The notes under the pieces: model-generated
Databases searched by the model: none
Seen by the model: the letters and a program-made list of their open reading frames with translations, nothing else
Told to the model about the DNA's origin: nothing
Origin: Patescibacteria group bacterium
Lineage (GTDB): Bacteria; Patescibacteriota; Patescibacteriia; JBDRGY01
Assembly: GCA_043817315.1 (NCBI GenBank)
Contig: JBDRGY010000001.1
Location: 78,702 to 142,701, forward strand
Length of the DNA stretch: 64,000 nt
Direction of reading: 5' to 3'
Program-made: the position numbers and the translations under genes
Part shown: positions 19,001 through 28,316 of the stretch, piece after piece
Layout of the letters: every line of letters begins with the position of its first letter
How positions within the stretch are numbered: the stretch's first letter is position 1

Positions 19001-19158
19001 ATTGGCAATGTACTGATTGGTCTGATTGTGAAGATAGCCAGCAAACCAGGACTTGTACGGATTTGAATGTCTGTGGTACCGAGATTGACAAACCGGAAGA
19101 AACTAGATATTGTGATTCGATATCCCCAGAAGATATTGATGATTTAATAGCCGACTAA
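16036..19158 (+). CDS. Secreted beta-helix + Ig-like + GHL15-like glycoside hydrolase, TSP1-like repeat and 14-aa tag
   Basis: AMA|AGNTYYV..PW..I..A...LQAGDTVLV beta-helix start; IWDGVFWD, WRRDFANGIVLANP; ends ..CDSISPEDIDDLIAD. Its C-terminal part is paralogous to 13959. Confidence 0.7.
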   Translation: MKITHKNLDRVLIFMGIFWLFTGYFFVSSEFRAMAAGNTYYVAETGCSDSGPGTAGEPWCAIAKAASTLQAGDTVLVQDGTYIVSQINPTYSGISGSPITFKANGDNVILDGSGTHAFWLRNRNYVTLDGFEFINSEACVMVYPSSSTMTGITLKNFYSNAGCRIGIYTSDFEYGLEDYLVENIHFISAGGIGMNGANGGILRNCLLDCTATAGSGGCNTGINNGNNILIENNQFLFVNEHTINIGHSDPAKGCTNVVVRNNLFYRIHDVKIDAGNDNVDVLHNTFVLEKDAGWSSINNPEVYPSTDITVKDNLFVQTGWTHIPLSRLSESDHNYWVSGWPDSSSAVIYGNLLLADWQAASGNIHDLNSHQDLGLDRYNIFVDPDNYDFTPQANSWLCQDGNEGSDGETIGALSCAGGGAAAVCSDGEITETCDCGGTDYDTGYCCAGVYQDSDCSVDDISIIHSPEYVAHSTETASINLTVTTNYLSTCKYDTNSGTDYASMPNTMTGSDTSHTATLSGLESGTTYNYYVRCSTSFGTTENDHEIVYRVLPEYDDQYPRLGLVLHGCIIEDAATVEQAARYDLLVLHKYHTEYEGRYCNPDRLEEIRALSPRTKMFVHQPQSYAYHPLETWPGDGSYPAAGHILYDWLDGVVHYGDPEDRWTLTDTAGDTIWELSNTSWDVAVMDITPYCPVADGTVDYNYNSNNVDYTKETLIDPGIWDGVFWDSLYNNINWMNSSIEPDIDIDHDGVADTNDFSTAQWTAGINDFYSKARNYMGEDIWFIGNGNHDQYQYGNGEMIEGWWSNRTWRERIDAFDNWNSNGQEPDFNMVVGPYNSEEMPATHNYRVPRWAFTFSLLTGSYYEMFDDEVGYTEFYWLDEYAVDLTSGEAVIPTEANDWLGKNYLGEAEDDAYELDVNPTSYPQGVWRRDFANGIVLANPNSPSVTIDLGGEYRKILGTQDPINDGSTVSQITLTGSNGIILLKPACEEDWQCTDWSDCEDSQQTRTCTDLNVCGTEIDKPEETRYCDSISPEDIDDLIAD

Positions 19159-19160
19159 AT

Positions 19161-22148
19161 ATGATCAATTTTCCTCGGAAAATTATTTATCCAGTAGTGG
19201 CCGTTATCGTTTTAATGTTAAGCGGAGTAACGGTCTGGGCCATGACTGAAGATTGGGTATCCTGGCCCATGCAGTGGGACGAGTCAGCTGATAGTGTAGC
19301 TAGTGCTGCCTTTTTGAATGATTACGATATTGATGCCCGAGGGTTTGTTGAGGTTAATCCAGAGACGGGAGACTTTGAGTTAGGAGATGGTACTACTTTA
19401 CGCTTTTGGGGCAGTCAAGTCTGGACTGATGCCACCACGCCGACAACGACTATTGCCGATGGGGTGGCTCCCCATCTCAGAAAACACGGATTTAATATCA
19501 TGAGGATAGGTATCAATACGGAACATATTGACACTCAAGATGAATGGGAAAGATTTACTTATTTTTTAAAGCAATTAAAAGATGAAGGAATTTATGTTGC
19601 TCTTCAGGTAATGGCCGGAATCAGTTTTGATACCCTGTTAGATGAAACTGCCAGGCAAACCAGATTAGAATGGATTAAAGACGATTTATTAATGCGAGAT
19701 AATCCTTATGACCAACCTTTCTATAACAATCCCCAGATTGCCATGTTGGAGATTACTAATGAACTAAGTTTTCAAAGATTTTATCACTATCATCGCCTCA
19801 ACTATAATACTGAAGGCTGTCATCCCACCCAGGGACAAAATGCCTATCGTTATCCGGTGTCTCAATCTACTAGCAACTATCTTGACCAGGAATTTTCCCA
19901 GTGGTTGTTAAATAAATACGGAGACAGAGATACCTTAGAGGCCGCTTGGTTGGATTCACCGGCGACAGATCCGGCCGGGGCCAATTCGATTGTCAACGGA
20001 GGGTTTGAAAGCAGTATGGATAATTGGACTCTGACCACAGGAGATGGTTGTGAGGCCAGTTCTCAAATAATCAGTGATGCAGTTGAGGGAAGCCAAGCCA
20101 TCCAGATTGATGTAACTCAAGCCGGAGAAACCTACTGGAAAACAATTAGTTTGAGTTATAACGGGCCGATGGCTCTGACTGAAGGAAACTGGTACACTGT
20201 TGGTTTTTGGGCCAAGTCTGATGCGCCCAACCCGGGCGAGTATTGTGGCACCTATCCTTACCAATTTACTGTTATGGTTAGAGGTTTGCCGGGGATTGTC
20301 TATGGTGATAATAATATGCCCTACATCGATGCCATAGACGATGGAAATTCTAGCGTTGACGATGACTGGAAATATTATCAAGTTTCCTTTTTGGCAGACG
20401 AAACAGTCACCAGCCACGGATTTAGACTGACCGGTTTTGGCTACAAAACGGGAACGATTTGGTTTGATGACATTACCATTAAAGAAAATGGAGTTTATGG
20501 ACTAAGGAGCTGGGAGGACCCGGATCCGGCTTCAGAAAATGTATGGCGTTTGCAGTTGTTAGATCAATTTTCTTTTTCTGCTCCCCGCTATCGGGATACA
20601 GTTGAGTTTTACGTGGACAAAGAAAGAGAGTTTACCGGAGCAGTCACTGATTATTTAACAAATAATATTTTTACCGGTGATAGACCATTGCCGCCGATCA
20701 GCGGCAGTCAACCGGGGGGAACTTTGGGCGGCTATGCTGATACCACTCTCGGTCGTATCGATATTCATTCTTACTATAATAGTGTAGTAAGTGTTGAAGA
20801 AGACTCCTATGTAAGAGAAATAGGCAGACCGTGGTCAATAATATCTACTGCCAGGCAGGATCCTCCTTGGGATAATTTAATTGCTCCCCAGGCCAAGCAC
20901 CAGGTGGCCGGCATGCCCCTGACGGTTTCCGAACACAATGTTGGTTATCCTCACCCGTACCGTTATGAGAGCCCCTTATTGACAGCTGCCTATTCGGCTT
21001 ATCAGGGTTGGGACGGGATTTATTGGTTTAATTATCACTCTGACGGAGATGAAACCTGGGAAGATGTTAATGCTCTTTTTGGCGGGGCACACGGAGTTCA
21101 TAATATTGAGTCCAATTCCCAAACCATGGTCCAAATGATCCAGACAGCTATTATGTATCGGCGGGGAGATATCCAACAGGCTGATCGGTTTATTGACGTA
21201 TCTTTAACTAAAAACGAAACTCTAGATGGCCACAAGATAGGTGACGAGGGACGTAGCCGGGACAAATGGGGTTTGGGTGGTTATCCTTATGATTTATCAG
21301 ATGATTTGGATTGGCGCTATCTCATGCTTTATGGTGTTCGGATTTCATCATATGAAGCAGTAGGGCCCAGGCTATTTGAGGATTTGAAAACTGAATATGG
21401 ATTACCTGATATTAGAACTTGGAATGCTGACGAGTTGAAATTTGTTTCCGATACAGGAGAGCTAACTTGGGACGTCTCCGATAACGGAGGTGAGTTCGAA
21501 GATCATTTCCTGATTAATACCCCCAAAACTCAATCTGTGGCCGGTCGGTTAATGTACGGTGTTATCCCCAGAACCCTAAGCACAGATAATATGGAGGTAA
21601 CGGCTTCGGATCCGGAATACGGAGCAGTTACTCTTACCAGTATGGACAATAATGATATTGCTCAATCAGAGTCTCTGTTGATCTCCGGATTGAGACAGGC
21701 AGCTAATCAAGGCTCCACTTGGGATGCTGATGAAGAAATTTTGACCATGATTCAAAACGATACCATGCTGGAACCGGTCAATGCCCAGATTACCCTTGTC
21801 ATGGCTGCCAATTCCGAAAGTCTGACTGTTACTCCTTTAGATAAAACGGGACAAGTGATAGATTCCTCTTTACCAGTTAATAGAACGGCTTATGGAGACA
21901 GAGTAGAATACCAGTTCGATATTTCCGGGCCGATCTACGATACAGTTTGGTACAGTATTGCCCAAACTTTTACCGAAGAGTGTGTTGAGAACTGGCAGTG
22001 CACCGAGTGGTCAGAATGTGTAACAGGACAACAAACCAGAACCTGCACGGATATAAACGAATGCGGAACAGAGATAGATAAACCTTCCGAAGTACAAGAA
22101 TGCGATTCGGTGTCCCCGGAAACCATTGACGATTTAGTGGCCAATTAA
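19161..22148 (+). CDS. Secreted GH-A clan (GH5-like) glycoside hydrolase with inserted CBM4/9-like domain, TSP1-like repeat and 14-aa tag
   Basis: LRFWG, GFNIMR, EITNE (acid/base), VSEHN (nucleophile), QGWDGIYWF; IVNGGFE...IWFDDI insert; ends ..CDSVSPETIDDLVAN. Confidence 0.7.
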   Translation: MINFPRKIIYPVVAVIVLMLSGVTVWAMTEDWVSWPMQWDESADSVASAAFLNDYDIDARGFVEVNPETGDFELGDGTTLRFWGSQVWTDATTPTTTIADGVAPHLRKHGFNIMRIGINTEHIDTQDEWERFTYFLKQLKDEGIYVALQVMAGISFDTLLDETARQTRLEWIKDDLLMRDNPYDQPFYNNPQIAMLEITNELSFQRFYHYHRLNYNTEGCHPTQGQNAYRYPVSQSTSNYLDQEFSQWLLNKYGDRDTLEAAWLDSPATDPAGANSIVNGGFESSMDNWTLTTGDGCEASSQIISDAVEGSQAIQIDVTQAGETYWKTISLSYNGPMALTEGNWYTVGFWAKSDAPNPGEYCGTYPYQFTVMVRGLPGIVYGDNNMPYIDAIDDGNSSVDDDWKYYQVSFLADETVTSHGFRLTGFGYKTGTIWFDDITIKENGVYGLRSWEDPDPASENVWRLQLLDQFSFSAPRYRDTVEFYVDKEREFTGAVTDYLTNNIFTGDRPLPPISGSQPGGTLGGYADTTLGRIDIHSYYNSVVSVEEDSYVREIGRPWSIISTARQDPPWDNLIAPQAKHQVAGMPLTVSEHNVGYPHPYRYESPLLTAAYSAYQGWDGIYWFNYHSDGDETWEDVNALFGGAHGVHNIESNSQTMVQMIQTAIMYRRGDIQQADRFIDVSLTKNETLDGHKIGDEGRSRDKWGLGGYPYDLSDDLDWRYLMLYGVRISSYEAVGPRLFEDLKTEYGLPDIRTWNADELKFVSDTGELTWDVSDNGGEFEDHFLINTPKTQSVAGRLMYGVIPRTLSTDNMEVTASDPEYGAVTLTSMDNNDIAQSESLLISGLRQAANQGSTWDADEEILTMIQNDTMLEPVNAQITLVMAANSESLTVTPLDKTGQVIDSSLPVNRTAYGDRVEYQFDISGPIYDTVWYSIAQTFTEECVENWQCTEWSECVTGQQTRTCTDINECGTEIDKPSEVQECDSVSPETIDDLVAN

Positions 22149-22149
22149 T

Positions 22150-23856
22150 ATGAAATTAATCACCAGAGAAAAAACTACCATAGAAACCAGGTTGGGCCTG
22201 TATATCGGGGTTACGGCTACGGTTTGTGTTTCCATATTAGTCTCTACTATCTTGACAACAACGACACCATTTCTAGCTCCGCTTTTAAGTTTGCCCTCGG
22301 TGGTAGCTCTTGATTCATCCAACTCTATGAATTTAACCTGGACCGCTCCGGGTGACAATGGAAATAGCGGAACGGCTGCTGCCTATGATATTCGTTATTC
22401 CACTTCACTTATTAAAGAAGTCAACTGGGATCAGGCCGAACAGGTCGATAATGAACCAACTCCTGCAGTGGCAGGCAGTACTGAAACTTATCAATTAACT
22501 GGTCTTACCCCCAATACTACTTATTATGTGGGGATTAAAACAGTTGACGAAGCGGGAAACTGGTCAGGTATTTCTAATGTCGCTTCCAAAACCACTGATT
22601 GTTTTGAGGCCTGGTCCTGTGCTGAATGGGAAGATTGTCTTGATGGCCAACAGGCAAGAATTTGTACCGATTTAAACAGTTGTGGTACTGAGGAGGAAAA
22701 GCCAGTCGAAACTCAAAGCTGTACTGATCCAGATGAACTCTGTGAAGAAAACTGGGAGTGTACTGCCTGGTCTGCCTGTGAAGACAATGAGCAAGTAAGA
22801 ACTTGTGCCGATTCCAATGCCTGCGGTACAGAAGAAAATAAACCGGGAGCCAGTCGTTATTGTGATGTAGTTGGTGGTCCAGTAGGGGATCCGGAAGTGT
22901 TGAACCGCGAAACCTTAATCGTGACCGGTGTCAATAGCGGCGGTGGCCCTCAAGTAAAAACCTTTGATCAGGACGGAAACTTGCGTGGCCAGTTTTGGGC
23001 CTTTGATCAAGGATTCACTGGAGGGATAAATGTCTATGCTGAAGATTTAGGCCGAGATAATGTAGCAGAAATTATTGTTGGTGCCGGACCGGGTATGTTA
23101 CCGATAATTCGTATCTTTGATTCCCATGGTGGCTTACTAGGTAGTTTTCAAGCTTATGATGATAATTTTCAAGGTGGAGTGTCTGTAGCAGCTGGCGATC
23201 TGGACGAAGATGGTATTGCCGAAATTGTAACCATACCTCAATCAGGCGGGGGACCCAACGTTCGTATCTTTGGCTACCGTGACGGTCAGTATGTTCCGGT
23301 GATTGAAAGCTTCTTCGCTTATGACGTTCGCTTTCGTGGTGGAGTATCTTTAGAAGTTTGTGATTTGGATCGTGATGATAAGGACGAGATAATCACTATT
23401 CCTAAGAGTAACGGCGGTCCTCACTTGAGAATTTTTGGTTACCGTGACGGTGTCTACCGACCGGTCATCTTGGGTTTAATGACTCATCATCCTAACTTCC
23501 GTGGTGGACTCAATCTGGGCTGTGGTGACCTGGAAGGTAATGGCTACGAACAAATCATAGCGGCCCCAGCTTCCTTGGGTGGACCCCACATCAGAACTTT
23601 TGGACGCAACCGTTTAGGTTCTATCAGTATCTTAAGCCCGGGCTTTATGGCCTTTCATCCGGAGTTTAGGGGTGGTGTCTCTTTGACCACCGGAGATTTC
23701 GATTACAATTATCAAAATGAGATAGTGGTCTCGGTCTCTAGCGGAGACAGGGCCCTGATTAGAATATTTTATCAGGACGGCACTTTAATGAAAGAATTTT
23801 TGGCTTACCCAGAAGACTTTCATTTTGGAGTAAATGTATCTGCCGCTAAGTTTTAA
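22150..23856 (+). CDS. Membrane-anchored FN3 + 2 TSP1-like repeats + FG-GAP/VCBS propeller ('scaffold 1')
   Basis: N-anchor; LTWTAPGD..YDIRYS..LTPNTTYY..DEAGNWS FN3; WxCxxWxxC repeats; GGGPxVRIF / FRGGVxxxxGDLD repeats. Confidence 0.75.
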   Translation: MKLITREKTTIETRLGLYIGVTATVCVSILVSTILTTTTPFLAPLLSLPSVVALDSSNSMNLTWTAPGDNGNSGTAAAYDIRYSTSLIKEVNWDQAEQVDNEPTPAVAGSTETYQLTGLTPNTTYYVGIKTVDEAGNWSGISNVASKTTDCFEAWSCAEWEDCLDGQQARICTDLNSCGTEEEKPVETQSCTDPDELCEENWECTAWSACEDNEQVRTCADSNACGTEENKPGASRYCDVVGGPVGDPEVLNRETLIVTGVNSGGGPQVKTFDQDGNLRGQFWAFDQGFTGGINVYAEDLGRDNVAEIIVGAGPGMLPIIRIFDSHGGLLGSFQAYDDNFQGGVSVAAGDLDEDGIAEIVTIPQSGGGPNVRIFGYRDGQYVPVIESFFAYDVRFRGGVSLEVCDLDRDDKDEIITIPKSNGGPHLRIFGYRDGVYRPVILGLMTHHPNFRGGLNLGCGDLEGNGYEQIIAAPASLGGPHIRTFGRNRLGSISILSPGFMAFHPEFRGGVSLTTGDFDYNYQNEIVVSVSSGDRALIRIFYQDGTLMKEFLAYPEDFHFGVNVSAAKF

Positions 23857-23861
23857 GAGAA

Positions 23862-26800
23862 ATGTCAGGAAAATACATGACTAAAATCCAGACTAAGAAC
23901 AAAATCAAACTTAGTATAAAAATTTTAATGGCGATATCGGCTTCAGCCCTAGTCCTGTCTGCCGGTTTCGCTATTTTTCGATTCCAGACAATAAAACAAT
24001 CGGGTATCACTAGCGGTGAATATATCTTCGAAACGAAGATTACTGATTTATCTAGAAAGACAGTGACTGATCCAGAAGGTAATAATTATATATTTATTCA
24101 ATCACCAGAGTCTAGCTACCTGAACGAAGCGGGTAAACCGAAAGTGCCAGTTCAGAACTATAAGGTAGAGATACCAAAAGATGCTAAGAATCTAAAAATC
24201 GAAGTGGTAAACTCTATTGACGAGCAAGAACGAATTGATGCTCACTATTACCCAGCAGAAGAACTGGTTCAGAAATCGATCGATGAAAATGTTGAGTACA
24301 TAGATGAAGAATTTTATATCGACAATAATTTCTATGATGAATATCAAGAAATATATCCAAAGAACCCGGTGGTAATTGGCCAAACCGGTAAAATGAGAGA
24401 AGTCAATTTTGTCGAAATCCTTTTTTATCCGTTGCAATATAAACCTAGTGATAAAACATTAGTCACTAATAGGAAATTAACGGCAAAGTTAACCTATACT
24501 TCAGAAAATGGCAAAGAAACTATCTCTTTGCCATCATCATTTAAATCTATCGGTAAAGGTATCTTAAATCATGAGGAAGAGGTCGATGCTCCTGCCACTT
24601 CAAGATTAGGCGCAGTAATTTATCCAACAGACTTAGCCAGCTCTAGTAATGTGGCTAATTACTTAATTATCACTGCCGATTTATTCTACGATAATATACC
24701 TGATAACGATGACCCGATTGAACAATTGGTTGAACATCGCTCCGAAATTAGCAATTACGATGTAGCGGTGGTCCAGCTAAGTGATATTGTGGCTTCTTAC
24801 GGCGCTTCAATTCCTATTCACCCCGATTTGATTGACACCGATGACGATCTGGATTTGAAGATAAAGAATTTTATCAAATACGCCTATGAAAACTGGAATT
24901 CAGGGCAACCCGATTTAGAATACATTTTAATGGTCGGTGATGCAGCTCCGGAAACAGAGGAGTTTTTTCTTCCGATGCATCTTTCAACTATAGAGTCCTA
25001 TGGCGAAAGAATCCTCACTGATCATTGGTACATTTGCATAAACGATGATCAAGCCTCACCCCAAATAGATGATATGGACGTAATTGGGGATATTATTTTG
25101 GGAAGATTTAGCGTACAAACTGAAACAGATTTATCAACGGTGGTAAATAAAACAATCAACTACGAATTGAATCCGCCACCGGACAATGATTGGGGAAACC
25201 GAACCTTGTTAACGTCAGGGTTTGAGGAGGGGGACGGTGGTTTACCTATAATACGTGATGAAATTTTAATTCCAAATGGCCTGGAAGCAAACGAAGTCTA
25301 TGCTGATGATTACACTGATTATCAGTTGGCCATTAATGACATTCTCGCCAATATTAATTATGGACATTCATTTTTTGTTCATCATGGCCATGGGTGGCCA
25401 TATGGCTGGCAGATTGGTGATGTCTATTCAATTACCACAGATGATATTGGCAATCTAAGTAATGACAATAGGTTACCTGTGGTATTTAGTATGTCTTGTA
25501 GCACAGCTAAAATTGATTCTGATGACCCGAGTTTAGCAGAAACATTTGTAAATGGTATTGAGGGATCAATAGCTTTTTTCGGAGCTACTAGAATAGCGGA
25601 TTCCTCTGGTTTTTCGTTAGCTATTTATACAATGCAGCAGATTTTCGAAGAAGGAGAATATAGATTAGGAGCCAGTATTCTTAAAGCAAAATCATTTAGT
25701 AATTCTGGTCTTGTATACAATTTATTTGGTGATCCAGCCCTTGATTTATCCCAATCAATTTTGTCTTCCGATAAACCAGATTTTAGAACTACACTGGAGG
25801 GATTTGATTACAGTGGAGAAAATGTTACTTTCTTTGCCACCATATATAATAAAGGATTAACCGCAGGTGAGAATGTAAAGGCAGAACTTTTTATTGGTCA
25901 TCCCGAACTAGGTGGAACAGTTATTGATGACTCAACAACTTTTCATACAATTCCAGCTCTATCTAATTTACCAATTGAAATTACAATCCCTCTCCAGGAA
26001 GGATGGGATCATGGATATAGTACAGAATTATACTTAGTAATCGATAGTCAAAACGAAATAGAAGAATTAAGTGAGCATAACAATATTAGCAATCAGCTGG
26101 CTTTCTTTTTGAACTTTCTACCTAATTATTACATCGGAGGAGGGTATGGCCCAAGTATCTATGACAATAAGCTTGTTTGGACAGAAAATCATGATGGAAT
26201 TTTTTCAAGTATTAATATGTTCGATTTGGGAAATGATGGGAAGTATGGAACGGCTGATGATAGCGGGGTGATTCAAATTACGGAAGACAACAGAAATAGT
26301 TATCACCCTTCAATCTATGGTAATAAAATTGTTTGGTATGGAGACACCAATGATGGCCAACTTGGGATCAGTCTGTACAATCTTGGTCAAGATGGATTAT
26401 TTGGTACATCAGATGATTCGGGTGTGATTACGATTGCCCAGGGGGGAGATAAAAAGTATCCTAAAATATTCGGAAATAAAATTGTCTGGCAAAAAGCGGA
26501 TTCATACGATTACTTATATATATTCGATTTAGGAAATGACGGTGTTTATGGAACAAGTGATGACAGAGGTCCAAGCAGAATTTCTAGTTTCCCACTTGAT
26601 TATAGTGATTCTTTCAGCTTTCGTGACAATAAAATTCTGTGGAGTTCTCTCAACTATCCAGATGATATGATCGAAGATGTTTTCCTTTATGACCTGGGAG
26701 ATGATGGTATCTTCGGAACTAATGATGATATAAAAGATGTTCAGATTACCAATAATAATATGAACGCCAGTAAACCCAACCTTTACGGAAAAAAAATACT

Positions 26801-28232
26801 AATGTCTTCATATATATTTAATCTGGGAGATGACGGAATTTTTGGGACAGACGATGATTTGGGCGAGATTACCATTGACCGAATAAGCCTTGAGTCTGAA
26901 GATAATTATATACCTGTTGACTATAACATCGAAATATTTTCCGACAACCAATGGTCAGTAATTCTTGAAGTGGAAGGAAATAGTGATCCTCAAATATTGC
27001 ACTATTTACCTGAAATAGTTACTTTTAGTAAGGTTCGTTTCAATTTTACCGATACATATGATACGGAACCAGATCATGAAGAACTTAGAATTTATGACAT
27101 TGAATTACTTAATTCTGAGACCGGTAAACTTTATAGTGACCACGGCTATGTCAGTGCTTCTGCTGGAAATAACCCAAACTACATACATGAATCTTACGGC
27201 ACTGCTTTTTGGCAGGTTATTAATTCTGATCCGTTCTGGTTGGAAGTGCAATTTCGTGATATTGCAAATATTAACGATGAAATTACTCAAATTAACAGCG
27301 AGATCTACTTGAGTTTAAATGATATATTTGCAAATGTAGTTGTTGGAGAGAATCTTTTTGATAATCCGAATATCTACACTTATGACCTAGTATCCGGTAG
27401 CCTCAATCAAATCACTGCTAGGCCGATTAACCAACAGAGAATAAAAGTATGGGGAAACAAAATTGTTTATACAGGAGAAGGAGATTTAGAAGGAATATTT
27501 TTAACTGAATATTTTAGTTGTGATAATTCTAATCCGGCAGTTTGTGGTGAGGCATTTGGACCAGATTGCCAGGAGGTTGATCAGTTAATGTGCTGTGAGG
27601 ATGATACAGATGAAAATTATTTAAGTAGAGATTGTGCTGACTCATCAATCTTTGCTGACAGTTGCAGTGACGAAGAAAATGATAATGCTTGTTGCGACGA
27701 CTCAAAAGACTGTGTTTATAAAGGAATATGTTATACCAGAAACCGGGCAAATGATTTTCAGGAAAATGCCTGGGAGGGAACCAATGGTGCAGGAACGGTT
27801 GGATACTATAAATGTTTGAACACTCCTGGAATGATTTTTGATTGCGACCATGATCCATATGTTTGTGAGGAATACAATTGGGCCTGTAACGTTGATGAAA
27901 CAAGACCTTATGGAAGATCCGCCGGTTGGGCTTTTGAAGGCGAGGATCATACCTTTGGAGGTTACGGAGATTCCTGGGGAAGGGGAATTGGTGTTTGGGG
28001 TAGCTATGATCAAGGACCAAGCTCAGTAATTAATCATGAATTTGAAGAATGTTGTGGAGATGATGTTGGAGAATATTTAATTGGCAATATATGTTGTGAT
28101 TCACCAAACGATAGGATAGATAACAGCGGCAATTGTGTACCCCGGGGTAAGCCAAAAAGAATCCAGGAAATGAGTCTCCGTAATAATACATATTCGCAGC
28201 TTGGTATTAATGTTACCGCTGCCAAGTTTTAA
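23862..28232 (+). CDS. Gingipain-like peptidase C25 with propeptide, CARDB/Ig domain, archaeal-type beta-propeller and Cys-rich tail
   Basis: GKPKVPV propeptide; ILMVGDA, LGRFSV, VHHGHG (His) and SMSCST (Cys), YNLFGDP; IDSQNEIEELSEHNN (CARDB); PSIYxNKxVW and GxDGxxGTxDD repeats. True start may be ATG 23877. Confidence 0.8.
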   Translation: MSGKYMTKIQTKNKIKLSIKILMAISASALVLSAGFAIFRFQTIKQSGITSGEYIFETKITDLSRKTVTDPEGNNYIFIQSPESSYLNEAGKPKVPVQNYKVEIPKDAKNLKIEVVNSIDEQERIDAHYYPAEELVQKSIDENVEYIDEEFYIDNNFYDEYQEIYPKNPVVIGQTGKMREVNFVEILFYPLQYKPSDKTLVTNRKLTAKLTYTSENGKETISLPSSFKSIGKGILNHEEEVDAPATSRLGAVIYPTDLASSSNVANYLIITADLFYDNIPDNDDPIEQLVEHRSEISNYDVAVVQLSDIVASYGASIPIHPDLIDTDDDLDLKIKNFIKYAYENWNSGQPDLEYILMVGDAAPETEEFFLPMHLSTIESYGERILTDHWYICINDDQASPQIDDMDVIGDIILGRFSVQTETDLSTVVNKTINYELNPPPDNDWGNRTLLTSGFEEGDGGLPIIRDEILIPNGLEANEVYADDYTDYQLAINDILANINYGHSFFVHHGHGWPYGWQIGDVYSITTDDIGNLSNDNRLPVVFSMSCSTAKIDSDDPSLAETFVNGIEGSIAFFGATRIADSSGFSLAIYTMQQIFEEGEYRLGASILKAKSFSNSGLVYNLFGDPALDLSQSILSSDKPDFRTTLEGFDYSGENVTFFATIYNKGLTAGENVKAELFIGHPELGGTVIDDSTTFHTIPALSNLPIEITIPLQEGWDHGYSTELYLVIDSQNEIEELSEHNNISNQLAFFLNFLPNYYIGGGYGPSIYDNKLVWTENHDGIFSSINMFDLGNDGKYGTADDSGVIQITEDNRNSYHPSIYGNKIVWYGDTNDGQLGISLYNLGQDGLFGTSDDSGVITIAQGGDKKYPKIFGNKIVWQKADSYDYLYIFDLGNDGVYGTSDDRGPSRISSFPLDYSDSFSFRDNKILWSSLNYPDDMIEDVFLYDLGDDGIFGTNDDIKDVQITNNNMNASKPNLYGKKILMSSYIFNLGDDGIFGTDDDLGEITIDRISLESEDNYIPVDYNIEIFSDNQWSVILEVEGNSDPQILHYLPEIVTFSKVRFNFTDTYDTEPDHEELRIYDIELLNSETGKLYSDHGYVSASAGNNPNYIHESYGTAFWQVINSDPFWLEVQFRDIANINDEITQINSEIYLSLNDIFANVVVGENLFDNPNIYTYDLVSGSLNQITARPINQQRIKVWGNKIVYTGEGDLEGIFLTEYFSCDNSNPAVCGEAFGPDCQEVDQLMCCEDDTDENYLSRDCADSSIFADSCSDEENDNACCDDSKDCVYKGICYTRNRANDFQENAWEGTNGAGTVGYYKCLNTPGMIFDCDHDPYVCEEYNWACNVDETRPYGRSAGWAFEGEDHTFGGYGDSWGRGIGVWGSYDQGPSSVINHEFEECCGDDVGEYLIGNICCDSPNDRIDNSGNCVPRGKPKRIQEMSLRNNTYSQLGINVTAAKF

Positions 28233-28243
28233 TTAAATGAAAT

Positions 28244-28279
28244 AAACAGGCCAATGTATTGACAAAAGCCTGTTTTTTT
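28244..28279 (+). terminator. Intrinsic terminator overlapping the next promoter
   Basis: aaacaggc / gcctgttt stem followed by a T-run. Confidence 0.55.
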
Positions 28280-28287
28280 GATATAAT
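28259..28287 (+). promoter_or_regulatory. Perfect-consensus sigma70 promoter for cassette 2
   Basis: TTGACA-17bp-TATAAT with extended-10 TG. Confidence 0.8.
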
Positions 28288-28316
28288 AAGGGTGTTCTCT
28301 ACTCTTAAACATAGCA

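Noticed and set aside
22104-22330. Stop read-through or frameshift joining the tag to the downstream FN3 in one polypeptide
   Set aside because: A full hydrophobic leader of about 50 aa separates them, and four of the six tagged genes are not adjacent to an FN3 gene.
23862-28232. Type IX secretion cargo (gingipain CTD) or BamA beta-signal (terminal Phe)
   Set aside because: No T9SS CTD motif, the protein has an N-terminal anchor, and there is no evidence of outer-membrane machinery in the window.
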